The notes under the pieces were generated by a model. That model was given only the letters and a program-made list of their open reading frames with translations. It made no database searches and was not told where the DNA came from. From positions 1-32,619 of the forward strand of contig DATIAI010000185.1 of the NCBI GenBank assembly GCA_035458065.1: a stretch of 32,619 nt of DNA, written 5' to 3'. Shown here piece after piece: positions 9,173 to 15,618 of this stretch. Each line of letters opens with the position of its first letter. The first letter of the stretch is position 1. This DNA comes from Algoriphagus sp. GTDB taxonomy: Bacteria > Bacteroidota > Bacteroidia > Cytophagales > Cyclobacteriaceae. The translations under genes and the position numbers were made by a program.

Positions 9173-9198
9173 ATCAACTTTACTCTATATTTTTAATT

Positions 9199-9702
9199 CT
9201 AGATTTTAAAATCACAGTTTCCGACACAATTGAAATCCCGAAAACTGCAATATTCTCTCAGATAAATGGTGAAAAGATCTTTGGGATCTTCAAGTAATGC
9301 CTTGGCCAAGTCCACTTTGATCACATCAAGTTCCATCTCAGAACCGGCGTTGCATGCAGTAAACATAGCCGTGAGATATAGCTGCATGCGACGGGGTGAG
9401 GATTCTTGCCAATTTCCATCCCAAACCAATTCATAGCTTCCTACGCAGCCTTTAGGACGTTTTATTTCCAGGGTAAGTTCATTTGCATTCCGCTTCACAC
9501 TCTTGATTTCAAAGCTCACCTGGCAAAGCGATGGATCTCTGCGGTTGAAATCCATCCGCTGATATTTCACCTTATCCACTGTAAAGCGATACCCCGGTCC
9601 CATACTAAAATATTCACTTGGCAAGCGCGGGTCTGAATCCGTGTCCCCAACAGAACAGCTGCAGAGAAATACCAAAAGAAGAAATCGGAAAATAGAGGTC
9701 AT
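9199..9702 (-). CDS. Hypothetical lipoprotein, first gene of the sigma operon
   Basis: Signal peptide with lipobox (LLVFLCSC), several further Cys residues, 26 nt upstream of the sigma gene. Confidence 0.75.
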   Translation of the reverse strand: MTSIFRFLLLVFLCSCSVGDTDSDPRLPSEYFSMGPGYRFTVDKVKYQRMDFNRRDPSLCQVSFEIKSVKRNANELTLEIKRPKGCVGSYELVWDGNWQESSPRRMQLYLTAMFTACNAGSEMELDVIKVDLAKALLEDPKDLFTIYLREYCSFRDFNCVGNCDFKI

Positions 9703-9720
9703 TGGTGACTTTTTTCACAT

Positions 9721-9748
9721 GACGCTAAAGATGCCAGCATTCGCTACA
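9721..9748 (-). promoter_or_regulatory. Putative autoregulated ECF promoter TGTAGCGAA-N15-CGTC
   Basis: Ends 18 nt upstream of ATG 9702; matches the motif at 5733-5759. Confidence 0.4.
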
Positions 9749-9860
9749 ACAACAGTCAAAATTTTAGCAAAGGTACTCGAGTCCTTTTTTACAAGCGATA
9801 ACCAATCGGTAAATTGTCAGAAGTCAAGTGCAATCCCAATTCAGGATAATCAAAAAGAAA

Positions 9861-11075
9861 TCAATACTGCTGAGGCTCAAAAAACAGACTCGCCACCAGG
9901 AAGGCAATCACCGAAATAATAAAACCGAACATAAATACATTGTAGCTTTTGCGGAGCATCCAATACTTCTTGCTGAGAACCTTGCCAAGAAAGTAAATAT
10001 CCCGGGTCATTGTGCCGTACAGGTATTCCGAATCCTCCAGCATTCTGTTCATACCCTCGGTGTAGTCTTGGAGAGACATTTGATAAAAATTACCGAAATA
10101 GAGCAAATTCCCCTCTTTTTTGGCGATATCCTCTTTGGTTACGACTCCTTTGGTCACCTTGGGCCGGGTCGCCAAAATGGCAAAAACCATTGCAATCAGA
10201 CAGGTACTGATCAGCAATATCGCCGGAATGGTGTAATTGGGAAACTCTTCCAACTTTCGGATCAGAATAGTCACTACGATCGAAATAATAATCGAATTGA
10301 CCGAAATCATGATATTGGCTTTGGTGTCGGCCATGGCCGACAGCTCCATGTGATTGGTGGAAGTCACCCGAAACAAAGTCTCCACTCCCCGCTCGGGTTT
10401 AGACTTTTCCTTTTTTTCTTTTTTACCCTTTTTATCTTTTTTGTCTTTTTTCTTGTCTTTTACTTCCTCTTGTTCAGTTTCCAGATTTCCAATCTTCAGT
10501 TCCAAAAATTTCAAATTGACCTTTTTCACAGGCTCGAGGAAGCGCTGACCAAAGCTGGTGTGATAGGTGTGTTTTTGGGCAAATTCCCGGGAATCTTTCA
10601 ACCAGTCTTTTAGATTGATAGGATGGCTTCCGGTTTTTTCTTTTTCACATTTCAGCAAGAGGGTCTGATCGTAAAAACTTTCGGTTCCTAGGTGATACAA
10701 GTCTGCATCACAGAGAATTGACTCAAAAAGGTCAGTCGGGGATTGGGGCATTTGGGTTGCCAGAATCCCGTTTTTGATCCTGTCGATTCGGCTTTGTGGC
10801 AAGCCAAATTCACTCAAAGTGGTCTGGGCTATTTCTGCCCCACGCATTTCGTGACCTTCAGCTTTGCCGTCCCAATATCCTACATCATGCAGCCATGCCG
10901 CAAAAAACAAGTCTTCTTGATCCCGTTCAGAAAGCTTAAAATATTCACCCATCTCCCGAACTTTCTCCACCATAAAATAGGTATGGTCTATATTATGGTA
11001 GCAAACTTCTTTCTTTTGCCGATTTGCAAACATGTCCCTGATCCAGGATTCGAACTTTTCTGATAGGATATCCAC
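9861..11075 (-). CDS. HD-domain phosphohydrolase fused to a Pycsar-type (DUF5706/PycTM-like) membrane effector domain
   Basis: HD motifs YHNIDHT, WLHDVG (10884-10889), GHE and CDADL. A Lys-rich linker is followed by ADTKANIMISVNS, two TM helices, LLYFGNF, LGKVLSKKY and a terminal TM helix. GTG start. Confidence 0.88.
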   Translation of the reverse strand: MDILSEKFESWIRDMFANRQKKEVCYHNIDHTYFMVEKVREMGEYFKLSERDQEDLFFAAWLHDVGYWDGKAEGHEMRGAEIAQTTLSEFGLPQSRIDRIKNGILATQMPQSPTDLFESILCDADLYHLGTESFYDQTLLLKCEKEKTGSHPINLKDWLKDSREFAQKHTYHTSFGQRFLEPVKKVNLKFLELKIGNLETEQEEVKDKKKDKKDKKGKKEKKEKSKPERGVETLFRVTSTNHMELSAMADTKANIMISVNSIIISIVVTILIRKLEEFPNYTIPAILLISTCLIAMVFAILATRPKVTKGVVTKEDIAKKEGNLLYFGNFYQMSLQDYTEGMNRMLEDSEYLYGTMTRDIYFLGKVLSKKYWMLRKSYNVFMFGFIISVIAFLVASLFFEPQQY

Positions 11076-11134
11076 TTCGATTGATTTAACTTTTACATGC
11101 AGCTAGGAAGATAATTGGTTATGATCTAAAAACG

Positions 11135-11983
11135 ATGCGAATTCCCTTACTCCTTTTTCTTCTGATTTTTTTCAAATCTTGTGACCAAAAGCCTGAAAAA
11201 GAATCCCCTTCTTTTTCACTTCCTGAAGGGTATTCCTTAGACGATATGGAGCGGATATTATTGCCGGATGATTTGGAGGAAATATCCGGAATTGCCTGGC
11301 ATGAAAATGAGCTGCTTGCTATCGAAGATGAATCGTCCATTATTTTCAGGCTGGATCCGGAAACCGGAAAAATTCTCAAGAAAAAGAAGTTTGAGAAAAA
11401 TCGGGATATCGAAGACATTCTTGTAAAAAACGACACCGCTTGGGTGCTCAGAAGCAACGGTAACCTCTATCGGGTGACCGATTTCAAAGAGGAAGATAGC
11501 GAAACGGTGATTTATGATTTCCCCATCAATGAAAGCCGTGATATGGAGGCAATTGTTGCTGATATCGACGAACCTTTTGTATGGATTATTTGTAAAGTCT
11601 GCGAATGGGATGAAAGTCCGGATCGAGCTTCTATTTTTAAATTTGACTTGAGCACAATGGAATTTGATTCTACTCCAGGGAAGAAAATCGAAATAAATCA
11701 GCTCAGTGGAATGCTGTCCGAAAAGGAATTGAAAAACTTGAAAATCCAGCCTTCCGCCGCTGCTGTCCATCCTTTGACAAAGGAATATTTTCTGATTTCA
11801 TCTACCGGAAAGTGGCTGATGACATTGGACAGGTCAATGAACCCAACATCAGTCCACCTGCTTGACCGCTCTCTTTTTAAACAACCCGAAGGAATAACCT
11901 TTGCCCCTGACGGCACACTTTACATTTCCAACGAAGCCGCAGATGGTAGAGCAAACCTGTTGATATTCAACTATAAACCATGA
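11135..11983 (+). CDS. SdiA-regulated/YjiK-like beta-propeller lipoprotein
   Basis: Lipobox-like FFKSC; blade motifs EISGI, DIEDI, DMEAI, QPSAA and QPEGITF...LYISNE. Confidence 0.85.
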   Translation: MRIPLLLFLLIFFKSCDQKPEKESPSFSLPEGYSLDDMERILLPDDLEEISGIAWHENELLAIEDESSIIFRLDPETGKILKKKKFEKNRDIEDILVKNDTAWVLRSNGNLYRVTDFKEEDSETVIYDFPINESRDMEAIVADIDEPFVWIICKVCEWDESPDRASIFKFDLSTMEFDSTPGKKIEINQLSGMLSEKELKNLKIQPSAAAVHPLTKEYFLISSTGKWLMTLDRSMNPTSVHLLDRSLFKQPEGITFAPDGTLYISNEAADGRANLLIFNYKP

Positions 11984-14900
11984 AACCTGTTGTTTTCCTG
12001 ACTTTGCTTTTCCTGTCATTTTTGCCGGTGATGGGGCAGGAAGTTCCATTGAAAATGAGGATTTACCTCATCGGGGATGCAGGAGAAATGGAAAACGGGC
12101 ATCATCCTGTGGTGGAAGATCTCAGGTCAAGACTTGGGGAAAATCCGGACATCCCAACTCACCTGATTTACCTCGGAGATAATATTTATCCTTTTGGGCT
12201 GCCTCCCAATGAGGCTGAAAACAGAGCTGAAGCGGAGAATATCCTTTGCGCCCAGTTGGACATCTGGGCAAATCTTCCCGGTAAAATCTGGATGGTCCCG
12301 GGCAATCACGACTGGGAAAAGGGTAAGTCCGATGGCTGGAATGCAATCCTCCGGGCAGAGAAATTTGTCCAGGAAAACTTCCCGGAAGACAAAGTTCAGT
12401 GGGTCCCTGAAAGTGCCTGCCCTGGTCCAAAAGCCATCCCACTGGATGAAAACACCCTTCTGATTGCATTAGACAGCCAATGGTGGCTGCATACCGGCGA
12501 TAAACCGGGGACGGATTCGGATTGCGAGTTTAAGACCGAAGAAGAAATCATTGCAGCAATTGCCTATCTGCTTGAAGAAAATCAGGGCAAAATCGTCCTC
12601 TTCGCCATGCATCATCCCATGAGGGCTTATGGGCCTCACAATGGTGCTTATAGCTGGAAAGATCACCTCTTTCCACTCACTGCCGCCAAGAAAAATCTTT
12701 ACATACCACTTCCAGTGATAGGGTCGATTTATCCGCTTTATCGCACCTGGTTTGGAGATATCCAGGACATTCCTCATCCAAAATATCAGGCTATGATCGG
12801 GGCTTTGGATAGAATATTTGAACTACACCCCAATGTAATCCAGGTTGCTGGACACGAACACGGGCTTTTTTACACCCGGGAAGGAAATTCCCATTACATT
12901 GTTTCCGGTGCAGGTGCAAAAAACACCCACATCAGAAAAAACAACCCGGCTGAATTCTCCTATTCAAACCAGGGCTATGCCTATCTGGATTTCTTTGAAA
13001 ATCATCGGGTCACCTTAAGTTTTTTAGATCCCGAAAAGGACAAACCACTTTACGATTCCGAATTGGTTGCACCATTTGCTCTGGATCTGGAAGAACTGAA
13101 ACTATTTGAGCGAAAAAACCCACCCAATTCCACACAGCCGATTTCTCTTCAATATCAAAAAGGTAAGCTTCATCAGGCATTCTTTGGGAAAAATTACCGG
13201 GACACTTGGGCCATTCCGGCTACTTTTCCCACACTGGATCTGACCAAGGAAAAAGGCGGGCTGACAATACTCCAACGCGGCGGCGGCATGCAGACCAAAT
13301 CTCTCCGCGTCGAAAATCCAAACGGGAAGGAATTTGTCTTTCGATCGATCAACAAATACCCTGAAAACGCCATTCCCCCAATCCTAAGACAGACCATCGC
13401 CAAGGATATCGTTCAGGATCAAATCTCCGCTTCCCATCCTTACGCCTCACTTGCTGTGGCCCGATTGGCTGAGAATGTGGGAATCATCCATACCAATCCC
13501 CAAATCATCTATCTGCCGGATGATCCGCTATTGGGCATTTACCGAAATGATTTTGGGAATGCGCTTTACCTCTTCGAGGAAAGGGAAATTGCCAAGCGGG
13601 ATGCTCCGGAAAATGTCAAGTTTTACAGCACAGATAAAATGCTGAAAGAACTGCATGGTGACAATGACCATGAAGTAAAACAGAAAGAAGTCCTAAAAGC
13701 ACGGCTTTTCGACCTCTGGATTGCAGATTGGGACAGGCATGATGATCAGTGGAGATGGGTGGCTGAAAAAGGCAAAAACGGACTCGAATTCAGTCCCATG
13801 CCGAGGGATCGGGACCAGGCCTTCTTTGTAAATGAGGGGTTTTTCCCGAAAATCGCCAGCCGAAAATGGTCGAACCCTAAGTTCCAGGGATTTGGCTACG
13901 AACTGAAAAATGTCAATGGTTTCATGTTCAATGGGCGGTATTTCGACCGAAGCTTTATGAATGGTTTGGACCGCAAAGATTGGGAAGAAGAAATCGAAAA
14001 GTTTCTACCTAAACTGACCGATGAGACAATCAAGGGTGCTTTTCAAGACTGGCCAAAAGAAGTTGCAGATAATGATGGACCTGAAATTCAGGCAAAGCTA
14101 TCAGCGAGAAAAAATTGGCTAAAGGAAAAAGCTTTGGAATACTATGATTTTCTGGCGGATGGGGTTGATGTGGTCGGCACCAATAAAGACGAGGAATTCG
14201 AAATCAAGCATTTGCCCAATGGTAATGTCGATGTGGAAGTCAGAAAAATCAACAAGGATGGAGAACTGGAACAGCGGATTTACAACAGGACTTTTTCTCC
14301 CTTGGAAACCAATGAAATCCGGCTTTATGGACTGGAAGGCGATGACCGCTTTGTCTGGGAAGGGGAAGGTAAAAACGAAATTCTAATCCGGGTGATCCCA
14401 GGAAATGGAACCAAAGAGCTGCTGGATTCGGCTGATCTGAGCGGAAAAAAACATCTCGTGTACGTTTCAAAAAAAGAGCTGGCGACCTACTCCGGTCCAA
14501 ATCTCAAAATCAAAGAAGCTCCCGATCCCGACTACCTGAATTATGATAGGTTGGCATTCAAATATGACAAAGTCATGCCTCTCGCCTCAGTTGAATACAA
14601 CCAGGATGACGGGGTATTTCTGGGAGCTGGTATTATGTGGGAAAAGCACGGGTTTAAACAGAAACCCTATGCAGCCATGCACATCTTGTCAGGCAATTAT
14701 GCCATGAAAACAGGCGCCTTCAACCTGGAATACAAAGGGCGTGCGGTGGATTTGGTAAAAGATTGGGACTTAGTCTGGCTGGCAGATGTCAAAGCTCCAG
14801 ATTATGTTTTCAACTATTTCGGAGCAGGAAATGACAGCGAGTTTGACCGGGAGGAAAATTCTATCCGATACTACCGCTCCAGATTTAGCTGGTACGAGCT

Positions 14901-15618
14901 GAGCACAGGACTTCAAAAACAACTGGGTGATGTGGGCCGATTTGCGATTGGTCCAAGCTATCAGGTTTACCGTTTTGATCCCGATGACAATGAAAACAAG
15001 TTTATCACCTCTCCGGAAAGTGATGTGGATCAGCAAAAGCTTGACCAGGCGAAGTTTTACGGAGGATTGACCGCTTTGCTGGAATTTGACAAACGGGACA
15101 ATCAGCGGATGCCGACACGGGGATTTTACTTTCGCCAGGAAATCAAGCACTTTCAGGGGATCAACAAGTATGCAAATGACTATACCTCGGTCAATGCGGA
15201 ACTGCGGCTTTTCTGGTCCTTCAAATATCTTTCTAAACTGGTCTGGGCAAACCGGCTGGGTGGAGGGAAAAACTTTGGAAGCTACGAGTACTTTCAGGGG
15301 CAGAATTTAGGTGGAATGGACAACCTGAGAGGATTCAGAAGATATCGCTACAACGGAGATGCTGTTTTCTACAACAATTTGGAATTCCGTCTTCAGCTTT
15401 TCAATCTCAACACTCCGATACTACCGGCTACTGTAGGGATGATCGGATTCCACGACATCGGCCGGGTATGGCTAGAATGGGAAGATTCCAACACCTGGCA
15501 CAATTCTCTCGGTGGGGGAATCTGGATAGCACCGCTCAGTCAGCTTGTGGCGACATTTTCGGTTGGGTTCAACAAAGAGGAAACCTTACCTTTTTTCAGT
15601 TTCGGATACCAATTCTGA
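11980..15618 (+). CDS. Secreted metallophosphoesterase + atypical kinase-like domain + Omp85 (BamA/TamA-type) beta-barrel fusion
   Basis: Signal peptide; calcineurin-like motifs IGDAG, LGDNIY, PGNHDW, MHHP and AGHEH. Central GGGMQT...DWDRHDDQW...PRDRDQAF. C-terminal barrel with LRGF loop motif and terminal FSFGYQF. ATGA overlap with the upstream gene. Confidence 0.88.
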   Translation: MKPVVFLTLLFLSFLPVMGQEVPLKMRIYLIGDAGEMENGHHPVVEDLRSRLGENPDIPTHLIYLGDNIYPFGLPPNEAENRAEAENILCAQLDIWANLPGKIWMVPGNHDWEKGKSDGWNAILRAEKFVQENFPEDKVQWVPESACPGPKAIPLDENTLLIALDSQWWLHTGDKPGTDSDCEFKTEEEIIAAIAYLLEENQGKIVLFAMHHPMRAYGPHNGAYSWKDHLFPLTAAKKNLYIPLPVIGSIYPLYRTWFGDIQDIPHPKYQAMIGALDRIFELHPNVIQVAGHEHGLFYTREGNSHYIVSGAGAKNTHIRKNNPAEFSYSNQGYAYLDFFENHRVTLSFLDPEKDKPLYDSELVAPFALDLEELKLFERKNPPNSTQPISLQYQKGKLHQAFFGKNYRDTWAIPATFPTLDLTKEKGGLTILQRGGGMQTKSLRVENPNGKEFVFRSINKYPENAIPPILRQTIAKDIVQDQISASHPYASLAVARLAENVGIIHTNPQIIYLPDDPLLGIYRNDFGNALYLFEEREIAKRDAPENVKFYSTDKMLKELHGDNDHEVKQKEVLKARLFDLWIADWDRHDDQWRWVAEKGKNGLEFSPMPRDRDQAFFVNEGFFPKIASRKWSNPKFQGFGYELKNVNGFMFNGRYFDRSFMNGLDRKDWEEEIEKFLPKLTDETIKGAFQDWPKEVADNDGPEIQAKLSARKNWLKEKALEYYDFLADGVDVVGTNKDEEFEIKHLPNGNVDVEVRKINKDGELEQRIYNRTFSPLETNEIRLYGLEGDDRFVWEGEGKNEILIRVIPGNGTKELLDSADLSGKKHLVYVSKKELATYSGPNLKIKEAPDPDYLNYDRLAFKYDKVMPLASVEYNQDDGVFLGAGIMWEKHGFKQKPYAAMHILSGNYAMKTGAFNLEYKGRAVDLVKDWDLVWLADVKAPDYVFNYFGAGNDSEFDREENSIRYYRSRFSWYELSTGLQKQLGDVGRFAIGPSYQVYRFDPDDNENKFITSPESDVDQQKLDQAKFYGGLTALLEFDKRDNQRMPTRGFYFRQEIKHFQGINKYANDYTSVNAELRLFWSFKYLSKLVWANRLGGGKNFGSYEYFQGQNLGGMDNLRGFRRYRYNGDAVFYNNLEFRLQLFNLNTPILPATVGMIGFHDIGRVWLEWEDSNTWHNSLGGGIWIAPLSQLVATFSVGFNKEETLPFFSFGYQF

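Noticed and set aside
9828-10613. 261-aa plus-strand ORF
   Set aside because: Antisense to the HD-PycTM gene; its Phe-rich stretch is just the complement of the Lys-rich linker.
9861-11075. Calling this a canonical Pycsar anti-phage system
   Set aside because: There is no adjacent co-transcribed canonical pycC, the effector is HD-fused, and there is no defence-island context. It is reported as a related but distinct candidate instead.
11980-15618. Annotation as the housekeeping bamA
   Set aside because: No POTRA array; the N-terminal region consists of enzyme domains.
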